Source: Eledone cirrhosa
Taxonomy: Eukaryota
Direction: 5' to 3'
Assembly (NCBI GenBank): GCA_964016885.1
Contig: OZ024764.1
Coordinates: forward strand, 25,358,001 to 25,422,000
DNA length: 64,000 nt
This document shows, in pieces, positions 42,914-55,941 of the stretch; positions within the stretch are counted from its first letter, which is position 1, and every line of letters begins with the position of its first letter. The translations under genes were made by a program, and so were the position numbers. The notes under the pieces were generated by a model. The model did not search any database and was not told the origin of the DNA. It saw nothing but the letters and a program-made list of their open reading frames with translations.

Positions 42914-43009
42914 CTGGAAAGAGAGAAAGTGATAAAAAGATATAGAAGAAGAAAAAGAAGCCCCATCCCCAGTACTGGACTGATAATTTATTTATTAACC
43001 TTGAAAGGA

Positions 43010-43980
43010 AGAAGAGAGGTAAGCGTAAAAGCTAAACTTTCTATTTTCAATTCAGTTTTCATGTCAACCCTTACCTAAGGTCATGAATCTTGGGTAATGA
43101 CTGAAAGAATACAATCGCGAATACAAATGGCCGAAATGGGATTCCTCCAAAGGGTCTTTAGAGTAACGTTGCTCCATAAAGTGTACACTCAGAGATCAGA
43201 AAGTCACTCCAGCTAGAGCCACTACTTCTCCAAATTGAGGGATCACAGCTCTGATACTACAGACATGTGGTTAGAATGTCTCAGGAAAGAATCTCTGAAT
43301 TGAGGGATCACAGCTCTGATACTACAGGCATGTGGTTAGAATGTCTCAGGAAAGAATCTCTGAATTGAGAGATCAAAGCTCTGATACTACAGACATGTGG
43401 TTAGAATGTCTCAGGAAAGAATCTCTGAATTGAGAGATCACAGCTCTGATACTACAGGCATGTGGTTAGAATGTCTCAGGAAAGAATCTCTGAATTGAGA
43501 GATCAAAGCTCTAATACTACAGACATGTGGTTAGAATGTCTCAGGAAAGAATCTCTGAATTGAGAGATCACAGCTCTGATACTACAGACATGTGGTTAGA
43601 ATGTCTCAGGAAAGAATCTCTGAATTGAGAGATCAAAGCTCTGATACTACAGACATGTGGTTAGAATGTCTCAGGAAAGAATCTCTGAATTGAGAGATCA
43701 CAGTGCTGATACTACAGACATGTGGTTAGAATGTCTCAGGAGAGAATCTCTGGATTGAGAGATCACAGCTCTGATACTATAGACATGTGGTTAGAATGTC
43801 TCAGGAAAGAATCTCTGAATTGAGAGATCACAGCTCTGATACTACAGACATGTGGTTAGAATGTCTGAGGAAAGAATCTCTGGATAGATTTTACGGGCAA
43901 AACCAACCAGCAGGAGACCCAGGGGTAGACCCTGAGCAAGATGGTTGGATAACATCTATGTGCAGCATCAGTTGGTCGGA
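43010..43980 (+). mobile_element. RTE-clade LINE 3' remnant containing a 65-bp tandem expansion (~10 copies, 43233-43885)
   Basis: SVKAKLSIFNSVFMSTLT*GHESWVMTERIQSRIQMAEMGFLQRV; the repeated unit corresponds to the 'L.WYGHV.RM' region. Confidence 0.75.
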
Positions 43981-44688
43981 GGAAGGTAGTGGTTTGTACA
44001 TAGCGAAGGTTTTTAGTACCTTGTGTTTGCGATTCTTGTATAATGAGAGCAAGTAAATGACCTTGCTGTAAATCCTGTTTACAGTTTACAGCAAGGTCAT
44101 TTGGTCACGACTAACAGTTTGTGTAGCAACATCCATGAATTTGATTGGTCTCGCTTGGGGATCCAGCTGGATTGGTTAGAGATAGTTGCTTCTGACAGGA
44201 CTTGCTGGAGGGAGTGTTTGAAGACTCCCCTGTCAGGAATAAGTGGGCGAAGACGAAAAAGAACCTTGAAAGGATGAAAAGCAATGTTGACCTCAGCAGG
44301 ATCTAAACTCAGGGAATGCAGACAGCTGGAATAAATACCACAAGGCATCTGAGCCAGAATGGCCACAGTTCAATGACTGAGACCAGTAAAGAGTAAGTAC
44401 TGGGGTCAATATGATCAACTAAACCCTTGAAAGATGGTGTCCCAGAATGGCCCAAAAGAATAAGTATGATCAACTAAATCCCTTCAAGGAAGTGCCCCAG
44501 CATGGCCCAATGACAGACCAGAAAAAGAAGAAATACTGCAGCAATGATTGACTAAACATCTTCAAGGTGATGCCCCAGCATGACCACAGTCTAATGACTG
44601 AGACCAATAAAAGAGTACTGGAGCAAATTATGATCAAGGAAATCCCTTCAATACAGGCCTGAAACGTAGAGTAAAAGGAATATCTAAC

Positions 44689-44864
44689 CTGTTCTCCGAG
44701 TCCACAGACTGGTATAGAAGGGGATTTGTTAGCTGGTGGATTACAGCGGAAGCAGGTGAGGGTCTTGTAGACTATGTTTGGGAAACGGCAGTGGTTGAAG
44801 TATTTCAGCCAAGCGGCCTTGAACTCTGTGAAAGCCTGGTCTCCATTGAACATGATCACATGAC
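44689..44864 (-). CDS. Penultimate coding exon of the same host gene
   Basis: Acceptor ttctatcttctaacccag, donor CAG|GTTAGA; 176 nt encoding xHVIMFNGDQAFTEFKAAWLKYFNHCRFPNIVYKTLTCFRCNPPANKSPSIPVCGLGEQ. Confidence 0.75.
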
Positions 44865-45115
44865 CTGGGTTAGAAGATAGAACATGGTGGATATATAAAT
44901 ACATATATATATATGTAATTATTTTTAACACAATAGGATTTTGTACACATGCTTGTTTTAAAAATCTTTCAAGGAAGTATGAAACAGCCTTTTGTAGTGT
45001 TTATTGTAATAAATTACGCTATTTTGAGCTGTTTTAAATTCTCCACCTACTTCTTTCCAATTTTTATATTGTTTTTGTAAAAAACAATATCTTATCATAT
45101 ATATATAATCATGGA

Positions 45116-45234
45116 ATAAACAACAGAAGACAATTATTCCATTTACCAAAGGTTTCACGAAGACACGTCTCTGTTGAGTTTGTCTGTCTTCGTGAAACCT
45201 TTGGTAAATGGAATAATTGTCTTCTGTTGTTTAT
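45116..45234. repeat. Inverted repeat (50-bp arms) containing a hammerhead 3' half (GAAAC-cttt-GGTA)
   Basis: 45116-45165 vs 45185-45234. Confidence 0.8.
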
Positions 45235-45406
45235 AATTAAATAGATCTGTAGCATACATAGAGCACTCTCCTTTCCTTTACCTTTCCTACGGATATACTT
45301 CATGTATATATGTATATATATCTATATATATATAAATGAATGTATGTTTGTTTGTTTGTTTGTATGTATGTCCAGGAAGGAAGGGGAATAACTCTTTATT
45401 TACTAC

Positions 45407-45464
<58 letters not shown>

Positions 45465-45759
45465 GATCGAGTATCGAAAAATCGGCGCACGAGTTCACGA
45501 TAAACGAAATTCGATATGAGCGGCAGAGGGCTCAATAATTCAGATGAATCAGAGCTATAACTATCGTTAAAATACCGTCACATATAGAACAAGTCTACAA
45601 TCAACCATACGATTTAAAATCGATAAAGGAAGATTCGGGCCAAACAGATAAAAAATATCAATAAAACAATACGTCAATAATTTAAATGAATGTATAAAAT
45701 ATTAAAAAAATAATGAATAAAACAATGAAACAGTTCCTTATATTAAACAAAAAAAGTTC

Positions 45760-45907
45760 ATTATTTAACGATCGTTTCTAGGATATATATGTGTTAGAAT
45801 TGGCATGCATATTCAACAGATCTATGTACAAAATTATACAAAATTATACAAACTATCAAAATTAAATATACATACCAACACATATATATGCCGTCTTCAG
45901 AAATAAT
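45760..45907 (-). ncRNA. Hammerhead motif with an extended (~115 nt) stem II
   Basis: attattt-CTGAAGA-[115 nt including atatatatgtgtt/aacacatatatat]-GAAAC-gatc-GTT-aaataat; enclosed in IR arms ~45696-45748 / 45910-45962. Confidence 0.6.
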
Positions 45908-46095
45908 CAGTTTAATATAAGGAACTGTTTCATTGTTTTATTCATTATTTTTTTAATATTTTATCTTGACTCTGTATTCCGTTTATCTTTCACCGAAAGT
46001 GATTTTTCATTGCATCTCTTCTTTCCATGATATCCGGATTACATTGAGTTCTTCATATGGATTGGACACTACCGTAAACTCTTGGTAGATTTATC

Positions 46096-46153
<58 letters not shown>

Positions 46154-46394
46154 ACATTGAAAAACAATGAAAAATTAAACAAATAACATGTTCTTCATAT
46201 TAATCTATTGTACTTAAATTTGCTGTCCATTGGTCTGACCTAATTATCTTTCTCTACTGTAACCACCATACCATCCTTTTCCACAATTGTTTTACTGTTT
46301 TCTCATTCTACACTGATGATAGAGGACTGGAGGAGGTAGGTATGCATTTATCTCAGTATAATTTGTAAAATATAGTATATATGTATGTATATGT

Positions 46395-46795
46395 ATATAT
46401 AATGAAAAATTGAACAGGGACAGAACAGAGAGGCAGTACGATAAATGTTTATTAAATTCACGCTCAGGAGAGTGGGGGGTAGGTGGGGAACGACGTTTCG
46501 GGCATAAGCCCTTCTTCAGGTGAGAAGTGTGTGGGAACAGAGTTCAAAAGGTGTGTAGGGGAGTGGTGGAGAGACATATAGCGAAAGGAAACAGTGAGGT
46601 AATGCGTGGAAGGAAAGACAAAGTGTGTAAAGTTCGGAGAAAGGTCACGGCGGATTAGATCGGGGTTGAGCCGGTTGTTAAGTTAAGTTCCAAGGATGGA
46701 AGCCATGTGAGCGTGTGTTATATATAATGAAAAATTGAACAGGGACAAAACAGAGAGGAAGTACGATAAATGTTTATTAAATTCACGCTCAGGTG
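46395..46795 (-). mobile_element. Penelope pseudo-LTR fragment with a tandem partial duplication and hammerhead motif (46488-46523)
   Basis: CTGAAGA-agggcttatgccc-GAAAC-GTC; direct repeat 46395-46468 / 46719-46794; outer IR ~46150-46204 / 46868-46921. Confidence 0.6.
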
Positions 46796-47059
46796 TGTAT
46801 ATGTATATATATATATGTATATATGTATATGTAGATTTTTTTTTTTTATGAAGATGCATAAATCAATATTAATATGAATAACATGTTCTTTGTTTAATTT
46901 TTCATTGTTTTTCAATGTCTTATTTTGACTCTGTTTTCCTATTGTTTTGCATCATTAATTAACTACATGAATTGTTTATGATCTCTCCACACTCGGATTG
47001 CATTGAGTTCTCTATACGGATCCGACACTACCGTTTACTCCGGTAGATTAATCTGTATA

Positions 47060-47416
47060 TATATATATATATATATAAATGAATGTATATTTGTTTGTTT
47101 GTATGTTTGTCCTTTATCTACGTTCATCTGAAACAGACGAGCAACGGGAAGCAAGATGGCAAACCGTTCGAGTAAGAACTGCTCAAGCCCGTTCATCTGA
47201 AACAGACGAGCAACGGGAAGCAAGAGTGGAAACGAATCGACTACGCAATGTTCTCACCAGAAGAATACTGCACGCTGATTTAAATCTTGGTGCATTTCAT
47301 TACGATTCAAATTATGATTACAGTCTTCATCCAAGTGTGATTATTGGAAAAATGGATAAATTATGCGGGTATTGTGGTGCTCTCAAATTTAAAAATGAAA
47401 CACCAGGAATGTGCTT
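47060..47416 (+). mobile_element. Deleted copy of the Helitron 5' end and repeat region
   Basis: AAATGAATGTAT..TTTGTTTG terminus joined to sequence nearly identical to ~48188-48482. Confidence 0.85.
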
Positions 47417-47438
47417 CTATATATATATATATATATAG

Positions 47439-47695
47439 GCATGTGGCTGAGTGGTTAGAGAGTTGGATTCACAATCATGAGGTTGTGAGTTCGATTCCCA
47501 GACCGGGTGATGTGTTGTGTCCTTGGGCAAGACACTTTATTTTTTCACGTTGCTCCAGTCCACACTGTAATGTGGTTGGTGTTAGGAAGGGCATCCAGCC
47601 GTAGAAAGCCTGCCAGAAACAGTTCCCAAGTGGGACAAAACCCGTCTGACCCATGCTAGCATGGAAAAATGACGTTAAACGGTGATGATGATGAT
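47439..47695 (+). mobile_element. tRNA-derived SINE with an RTE-type 3' tail
   Basis: A box TGGCTGAGTGG, B box GTTCGATTCC, (GAT)n tail. Confidence 0.8.
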
Positions 47696-50600
47696 AAATG
47701 AATGTATGTTTGTTTGTCCTTTATCTATAGTTTAAAAAAATATATATATTTCAGAAATCAACCCATTTTCTATTCAATTATGCCTCCCAAACGATGAGCG
47801 ATTGGTCAATCTACACCTCAAGCAAGGAAAAAATATGCATTACGAGCTTCAGAAACAGACGAGCAACGGAAAGCAAGATTGGAAACGAATCGACTACGCA
47901 ATGCTGAAGCCCGTTCATCTGAAACAGACGAGCAACGGAAAGCAAGATTGGAAACCGTTCGAGTAAGAACTGCTCAAGCCCGTTCATCTGAAACAGACGA
48001 GCAACGGGAAGCAAGATGGCAAACCATTCGAGTAAGAACTGCTCAAGCCCGTTCATCTGAAACAGACGAGCAACGGGAAGCAAGATTGCAAACCATTCGA
48101 GTAAGAACTGCTCAAGCCCGTTCATCTGAAACAGACGAGCAACGGGAAGCAAGATGGCAAACCATTCGAGTAAGAACTGCTCAAGCCCGTTCATCTGAAA
48201 CAGACGAGCAACGGGAAGCAAGATGGCAAACCGTTCGAGTAAGAACTGCTCAAGCCCGTTCATCTGAAACAGACGAGCAACGGGAAGCAAGATTGGAAAC
48301 GAATCGACTACGCAATGTTCTCACCAGAAGAATACTGCACGCTGATTTCAATCTTGGTGCATTTCATTACGATTCAAATTGTGATTACAGTCTTCATCCA
48401 AGTGTGATTATTGGAAAAATGGATAAATTATGCGGGTATTGTGGTGCCCTCAAATGTAAAAATGAAACACCAGGAATGTGCTGCTCGGGTGGAAAAGTGA
48501 AATTGCCAGAATTACATCCACCACCTGAACCATTATCAACGTTAGTATCAGGTGACACAAGCGAATCTAAACATTTCTTGGCAAACATACGCAAGTACAA
48601 TTCATGTTTCCAAATGACATCGTTCGGTGCAACAAATATCGTGCGCGAGAATTACATGCCAACATTCAAAGTGCAAGGGCAAATTTATCATCGTGCTGGA
48701 TCACTACTACCACTGCCGGACGCAGATCACAAATTTCTTCAAATTTATTTCATGGGAAACACTGATGACCAAATAGATCAACGTTGCAAATTCAATACGG
48801 GAACTAAACGAGAAATTGTTACTGCATTACAAACTTTATTCAATCAACACAACAAATTAATTCGATTGTTCAGAGCTGCCCTTCAACAAATGCCAAGTGA
48901 TGACTACACAATTGTAGTTAGAGCAGACAAAACACCTGTTGGCCAACATCAAAGACAGTACAATGCACCAACAATTGATGAAGTGGCGATCGCGCGATAT
49001 AATTTTTCACCGCAGAAATGGTGATGTTCAGCGAGTCTCAGAAACGCATCGGTCATACGATGGTTTGCAATATCCGATTTTATTTTGGCAAGGAGAAGAT
49101 GGATATCATTTCAACATCAAACTGAGAAATCCACAAACAGATGAGGAAACGAATAAGAAAGTCAGCAGTGCCATGAATTATTATTCAAATAGATTAATGA
49201 TTCGTGAAAACGGTGAAAATCATATTTTGAAATGTCGACAATTGTTCCATCAATACATTGTCGATATGTATGCAAAAATCGAAACCGAACGACTCCTCTA
49301 CATTCGATTGAATCAAACCAAGCTACGTTCAGAAGAGTACATTCATTTACGTGATGCCATTCTTAATGATGGCAATATGAATCCTAATGAATTGGGTAAA
49401 ATGGTCATACTGCCGGCTACATTTACAGGGAGCCCACGGCACATGCATGAATATGCACAAGATGCAATGACATATGTTCGCGCATATGGCCGTCCAGATT
49501 TTTTTTATTACATTCACATGCAATCCTACGTGGGTTGAAATTAAAGAACTTTTGTTACCTGGTCAATCGTCTTCGGATCGTCATGATATTACAGCGCGTG
49601 TGTTCAAACAAAAATTGAAATCTTTAACGGATTTAATTGTCAAGCATCATGTTTTTGGAGAGACACGCTGTTGGATGTTTTCCATTGAATGGCAGAAAAG
49701 AGGATTGCCACATGCACACATTTTGATTTGGTTAATTGAAAAAGTCACACCAGATCAAATTGATCAAATCATCTCAGCAGAAATACCAGATGTCGACGTT
49801 GATCCAGACTTATTTGAAGTCGTCACTAAAAACATGATTCATGGTCCATGTGGCTTACTCAACAACAATTCACCATGCATGTCTGATGGGAAATGCACGA
49901 AACAATACCCAAGAGACTTACTTGCCGACACTATCACTGGCAATGACGGATATCCACTCTATCGTCGACGAGCAACTGAAGATGGCGGCAAATCCATCAC
50001 TTTAAAAGTACGAAACAATTATGTTGAAGTCGATAATCGTTGGGTTGTACCATATTCCCCGTTACTCTCAAACACGTTCAAAGCACACATCAATGTCGAG
50101 TTTTGCAATTCGGTGAAAGCGATCAAGTACATTTGCAAATATATCAACAAAGGAAGCGATATGGCAGTCTTTGGAGTGTGCAATGCAAATGCATCTATCG
50201 ATGAAATCGACCAATACCAACTGGGACGCTACATTAGTAATGAAGCAGTATGGCGCATTTTATCATTTCCAATCCATTATCGACATCCACAGTTGTTCAT
50301 TTGGCGGTGCACCTTGAAAATGGACAGCGCGTATACTTCACAACTGAAAATATACGTGCAAGGGCATTGACACCACCGCCAACAACGTTAACTGCGTTTT
50401 TCTCATTGTGCAGTGAAGATGTGTTTGCAAAGACACTACTTTATTCTGAAGTGCCAACATATTACACATGGAATACATCAACGAAAAAGTTTAAACGTCG
50501 CAAACAGGGTAAAGTAGTTGAAGGACATCCCAATTTATATTCGACCGACGCGTTAGGCCGTTTGTACACTGTTCACCCAAATAATGCAGAATGCTTTTAC

Positions 50601-51074
50601 TTGCGATTATTGTTAATCAATGTACGTGGACCGACATCATTCCAAGAATTGAGAACAGTAAACGGTCAAGTATGTGCCACTTATCGTGAAGCTTGCCAAA
50701 AATTAAATCTTCTTGAAAATGATGGACATTGGGACACTTCACTTGCTGATGCATCGAATACTGCTCGACCACAGCAAATACGCACGTTATTCGCAATAAT
50801 ATTGACAACGTGCTTCCCATCAAATCCAAAAGATCTTTGGGAAAAATACAAAGACTACACGAGTGAAGACATCCTACATCGTTTGCGTGCAACAAATCAA
50901 AATCTGAATATTCAATTCACACCAATCGTGTATAATGAAGCATTGGTTTCGATTGAGGTCATATGTTTAGCAATCGCTAACAAAACACTGGTACAATTGG
51001 GAATGCCTGCGCTGTACATTATTGTTTTCTAAATAAGCTTTTTAACACCGAGCGAAGCTGGGTAGCTCCGCTAG
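47695..51074 (+). mobile_element. Canonical Helitron, Rep-only deletion derivative (pseudogene)
   Basis: MPPKR* start at 47780; 69-bp/23-aa repeats; CGYCGALK..ET..MCC zinc finger; FITFTCNPTW, IEWQKRGLPHAHILIW, KYICKYINKG; 3' hairpin GCGAAGCT-gggt-AGCTCCGC then CTAG|T at 51071-51075; no helicase. Confidence 0.92.
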
Positions 51075-51084
51075 TATATATATA

Positions 51085-52807
51085 TAGAAGTGGTTAAACA
51101 ACAGTTAGTTCACCATACCGAGAACAATTGTTTCACCTTCGCGGATCTTCAGCTCGGGATATGTATGGTTATAGGAACAGGAAGGACAACCGTATGAATG
51201 CGCATGCGCAGAAACCCGGTCACTTCACACAGGCAATACTAGACTGCGTGCACGAGGTGTAAGGGAGATAACTGCGAAAGTCCGGAAAGTTTTTAGGTTG
51301 AAAATAAAATTTAAAAAAATTAAAAATAAAATTACAAAGAAGCAGTCCGGAGCCTTGTAGTTATGCAATAGATGTTTGGTGACGTGTGGACAACGTGTGA
51401 AAAATTCACTCCTCGTGTTTAGGCAATCACTATTGCGTAATCTCTTTAGGATAGTTATTCTTTTGTCAATACATAAGCCACACGTCGGATTTCCCCTTTC
51501 GTATGGCTTGGACTTAGTGATGGCTTTCCATTGAATGGAGTAGCCTATACTTGAGTCCTTGGGGGACGATACGTGGCTCGCGAGTTTCGTGGATGAACGT
51601 CTGTCCGGGTATCTGGAGGTAGACTGGTGGTTCAGGAAACGCTCCTTGAATCGACCCTCCACCATGCCCACATAGGATTTGACGTCCTGTGGTTCGTTTG
51701 GTCGGTTGGAAGTGACCACAGCTTCATAGATTACAGCTGGTGTGTTGCATTGTTGTTGAAGGGAGCAAGCTTCAGGCTTACGGCAAGAGCACCCTGGTGG
51801 GGTGTTGCTCCTTGGGCTGCTGGTGATGTAGGCCTTCATGTTCTTAGCGCAGGAGTATCCTAGTTTAACTTTGTGTCGGTTAAAGATGGAGCGGTATTTA
51901 TGACCTATGGGGAAGTGTCTATCTAAGAGGGCTAGAAATTTTTTTCCTACATTGGTTTTAACGTTGAGTGAGAAGGGAGGAGAGAACCAGATAGTTTGTC
52001 TATTGATGCGCTTACTTTTTTTAATGGTGTTGTTGCTAGTGGGAGAGTAGGTGATAGGTTGTGAGAAGCCACTGTTAGCCAACGCCTTATTAGAGGAGAG
52101 GTTTGAGATTCTGTGGTCACTTCCAACTGACCAAACGAACCACAGGACGTCAAATCCTATGTGGGCATGGCGGAGGGCCGATTCAAGGAGCGTTTCCTGA
52201 ACCACCAGTCTACCTTCAGATACCCGGACAGACGTTCATCCACGAAACTCGCGAGCCACGTATTGCCCCTCAAGGACTCAAGTATAGGCTACTCCATTCA
52301 ATGGAAAGCCATCACTAAGTCCAAGCCATACGCAAGGAGAAATCCGACGTGTGGCTTATGTATTGACGAATGAATAACTATCCTAAAGAGATAACGCAAT
52401 AGTGATTGCCTAAACACGAGAAGTGAATTTTTCACACGTTGTCCACACGTCACCAAACATCTATTGCATAACTACATGGCTCCAGACTGATTCTTTGCAA
52501 TTTTATTTTAAAATTTTAAAATTTTATTTTCAACCTAAAAACTTTCCGGACTTTCGCAGTTATCTCCCTTACACCTCGTGCACGCAGTCTAGTATTGCCT
52601 GTGTGAAGTGACTGAGTTTCTGCGCATGCACGTTCGTACGGTTGTCCTTCCTGTTCCTATAACCATACACATCCCGAGCTGAAGATCCGCGAAGGTGAAA
52701 CAATTGTTCTCGGTATGGTGAACTAACTGTTGTGTAACCACTTCTACCTAACTCGTCCCTTGGACTGAGTGCTCTACCACTACGGATATTACCTTCTAGT
52801 GTTCCAC

Positions 52808-52810
<3 letters not shown>
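51085..52810. mobile_element. Penelope-like element, 5'-truncated, with an inverted duplication of the GIY-YIG/pLTR end (arms 51085-51721 / 52111-52746)
   Basis: IWFSPPFS.NVKTNVGKKFL, CSCR..CSL..C..AVIYEA, YVGMVEGRFKERFLNH, CGLC..K, RCPH; (TA)n on both sides. Confidence 0.92.
52674..52713 (+). ncRNA. Minimal type I hammerhead ribozyme (identical copy on minus at 51118-51157)
   Basis: ccgag-CTGAAGA-tccgcgaaggt-GAAAC-aatt-GTT-ctcgg; palindromic stem III ACAATTGT. Confidence 0.8.
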
Positions 52811-52838
<28 letters not shown>

Positions 52839-52841
<3 letters not shown>

Positions 52842-54580
52842 TGCGACGGGATGATCAGAGGCATGCGGTGTTCCACATTGCAAGGCAGTGTGTCAATGTA
52901 AATCAGGATGTTGTTGGAGATAAATGTGTCTGGAATGATGCCGGTGTACTTAGTGTCACGAATGATCAGAAAAAGGAGGCCTGGGAATGTCATTATGAGA
53001 GACTGATGAATGTGGAGAATGAATGGAAGAGAGGGAAATTACCCTCAGTAGATCCAACAGAGGGACCAGCTATTGAGATTGACGAATATAGGGTCCAAGA
53101 GGCGATTAAGGAAATAAAAAAATGGTAAGGCTGCTGGACCATCGGGAATAGTTGCTGAGATGCTGAAGGCATCAGGGGACGTAGGCACTAAACTGGTTGC
53201 ACGCATCATCAATCAGGCTATATATGGTGGTGTCATACCCAAAGACTGGTGCAGCAGCATTCTCATAAATTGCTACAAAGGTAAAGGATTTTTGCACAAT
53301 TAATTAGAGAAAGGGTCAAACTAGATGAGATGCAGTTTGGTTTTGTGCTTGGGAAGAGTACAACAGATGCCCTCTTCTTGGTGTGACAATTACAAGAGAG
53401 ATTCTTAGAGAAGAATAAGCCACTATACTTTGTACAGAGGTACTGTCAGTAAAGTCAGGGTAGGAATGAAGTTTAGTGAGGAATTCCAGATACAAGTAGG
53501 AGTACACCAAGGTTCGGTCCTCAGCCCGCTATTGTTCATTTTAGTCCTCCAAGCCATAACAGAGGAGTTTAAGACTGGCTCTCCATGGGAACTTCTCTAT
53601 GCTGACGATCTGGTTCTTATAGCAGAATCAGTAGAGGAGCTAGAGCATAAATTCTGGCTATGGAAACAGCAGTTGGAAGCAAGAGGACTGAGAGTGAACC
53701 TAGCTAAGACAAAAGTGTTGATGAGTAGAAAAGAGGACAAAACTCTGAATCCGCCAGGGAAATGGCCATGTTCGATATGCAGAAAAGGAACTGGCATAAA
53801 TTCAATAAAATGTACACAATGCAGATCCTGGGTACACAAGAGATGTAGTGGGATAGCAGGCAAACTAACAGGTAGGGAGAAATATGTATGCAGTAGATGT
53901 ACAGGGAAATTAGACAGTAGAAGTCGCAGTGATAGACACATTTTTCAAATGCAGGCGGATGCTATAGAAGTGGTGGATATCTTCCGGTACCTAGGAGATC
54001 AGATTAGCATGGGAGGGGGGTGTTCGGAGGCCATAGTATCTAGAATAAGGATGGCTTGGAAGAAGTTTAGGGAGATGCTTCCTCTGCTGACGAAGAAGGG
54101 TTTCTTTCTGCGTACGAAAGGCCGGTTATATGATGCCTGTGTGAGGAGCGCGATGCTGCATGGTAGTGAGACATGGGCAGCAACTGCAGAGGATATGTGA
54201 CCGGTGGAGAGAAATGAGGCAAGCATGCTCCGTTGGATGTGCAGTGTAAATGTGCGTGAACAACGCAGCATAAATGTGTTGAGAGAGAAACTGTGTCTGA
54301 GAGGGATAGAATGTAGTGTACGGGAGAGGAGACTGAGGTGGTATGGACATGTGATGCGCATGGAGGATGACCGATGGGTGAAGAAGTGCCAGTTGAAGGA
54401 AGATGTGGTAGAGGTAGACCACGAAAAACATGGGCGGAGGTGGTGAGAACAGACCTCAGATCGCTGAAGCTCACGGTGGAGATGACGAAGGACTGTGACA
54501 AGTGAAGAGATGCTGTGCTGAATAAGACCTGTCCCACCCTTGCAAGCAGGGAAAAGCGGATGTAAAATGATGATGATGAT
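52839..54580 (+). mobile_element. RTE LINE, 5'-truncated, with internal deletions
   Basis: KAAGPSG, VHQGSVLSPLLF, LYADDL, YLGDQI, RRLRWYGHV; (ATG)n tail. Confidence 0.95.
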
Positions 54581-54726
54581 ATATATATATATGATAAGAT
54601 ATCTAGATACTGGCTGGAAACCATGAATACCAGTGATCTTCGTTAATTTTATATATATATATATATATACACTTTTCACCTGCACCTTTCCTGTTTTTAT
54701 ATCTGAAAACGAATTTCTTCATATAT

Positions 54727-55941
54727 ATATAAAGATGGGGCCAAATCAGGAAAATAGGGAGAGTTGTCAACCAGTTCTAAGCCACAGTCGTGCCTAGCAA
54801 GCATTGAAACCAAAGACTTGTGTGCTGGAGCATTATCCTGATGAAACAAGACCCCTTTCAGCAGTTTTCCTGGGCATTTAGTCTTGATAGCCTTTCGTAC
54901 CTGCCTCAGCAAGTACTATCCATTGATGGTGTTGCCATTTTGAAGATTGTCAATAAGCCCAATGCCTTTTGCATCCCCAAAATATGAGGCCATCACCTTC
55001 CCTGCAGATGAAACAACCTTGGTCTTCTTTGGAGCAGGTGCGGAGGGGTGTTTCCACTGCATGGATTGTCTCTTTTTCTCTGGATCAAAGTGATGAACCC
55101 GACATTCATTCTGGGTTAGGAAACATTCAAGGAAACCAGCAGGATCTCCCATAATGTGATCAGCCTGATGTGATTTTGATCAGGTGTCAGAAGACAAGGT
55201 ACCCACCGAGCAGAAACCTTCATCATTCCAAGGTTATTGTGCAGAATATTCTCAAATCTCTCACGGGATATGCTAATAACATTGGCTGTTTTATAGTCAA
55301 TCACCTATCATCCATCATGATATGGTGAACACGATCAATTTTTTCCTCAGTGGTGGCCGTTGCAGGACTTGCAGACTTTGGGTCATCTTCAAGACTCTCC
55401 CATCCCCTCCTAAATTCAGCTGCCCACTTTAGCATTGTTGATAAAGCTGGAGCATTATCCCCTAATGTAGCAACCATGTCAGCATGAGTATCCTTGGGGA
55501 CTAAACCCTTTTTCTGTAGGTACTTGATAACACCATGATGCCCATTTTCAAGAGAAGTCGCTACTAGTTACTTTTAAAGTCTTCTTTGAACAGTCAGATG
55601 TCAGTTTACTTGGAATGTCAGATGTCAGATGTCAGTTTACTTGGAAAGTAAGATGTCAGATGTCAGTTTACTTGGAAAGTAAGATGTCAGATGTCAGTTT
55701 ACTTGGAAAGTAAGATGTCAGATGTCAGTTTACTTGGAAAGTAAGATGTCAGATGTCAGTTTACTTGGAATGTCAGATGTCAGATGTCAGTTTACTTGGA
55801 AAGTAAGATGTCAGATGTCAGTTTACTTGGAAAGAAATAATGCAATTATTAATAAGAGTTGAAATTAATGCATGCAAAGTGTCACAGCTCTATCACTACT
55901 CCTTCACAGTTTGCCTATGAACTTTTCAGTCCACTCTAGTA
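54727..55941 (-). mobile_element. Mariner transposase remnant with a 31-bp tandem array (55596-55835) in its 5' UTR
   Basis: VIKYLQKKGL, KVSARWVP, FHQDNAPAH, PYFPDLAPS; TIR-like TA-CTAGAGTGGACTGAAAAGTTCATAGG at the right end. Confidence 0.88.

Noticed and set aside
51225-52205. 326-aa ORF as a novel gene
   Set aside because: Its N-terminus is antisense sequence from the inverted arm; the rest is a truncated Penelope GIY-YIG.
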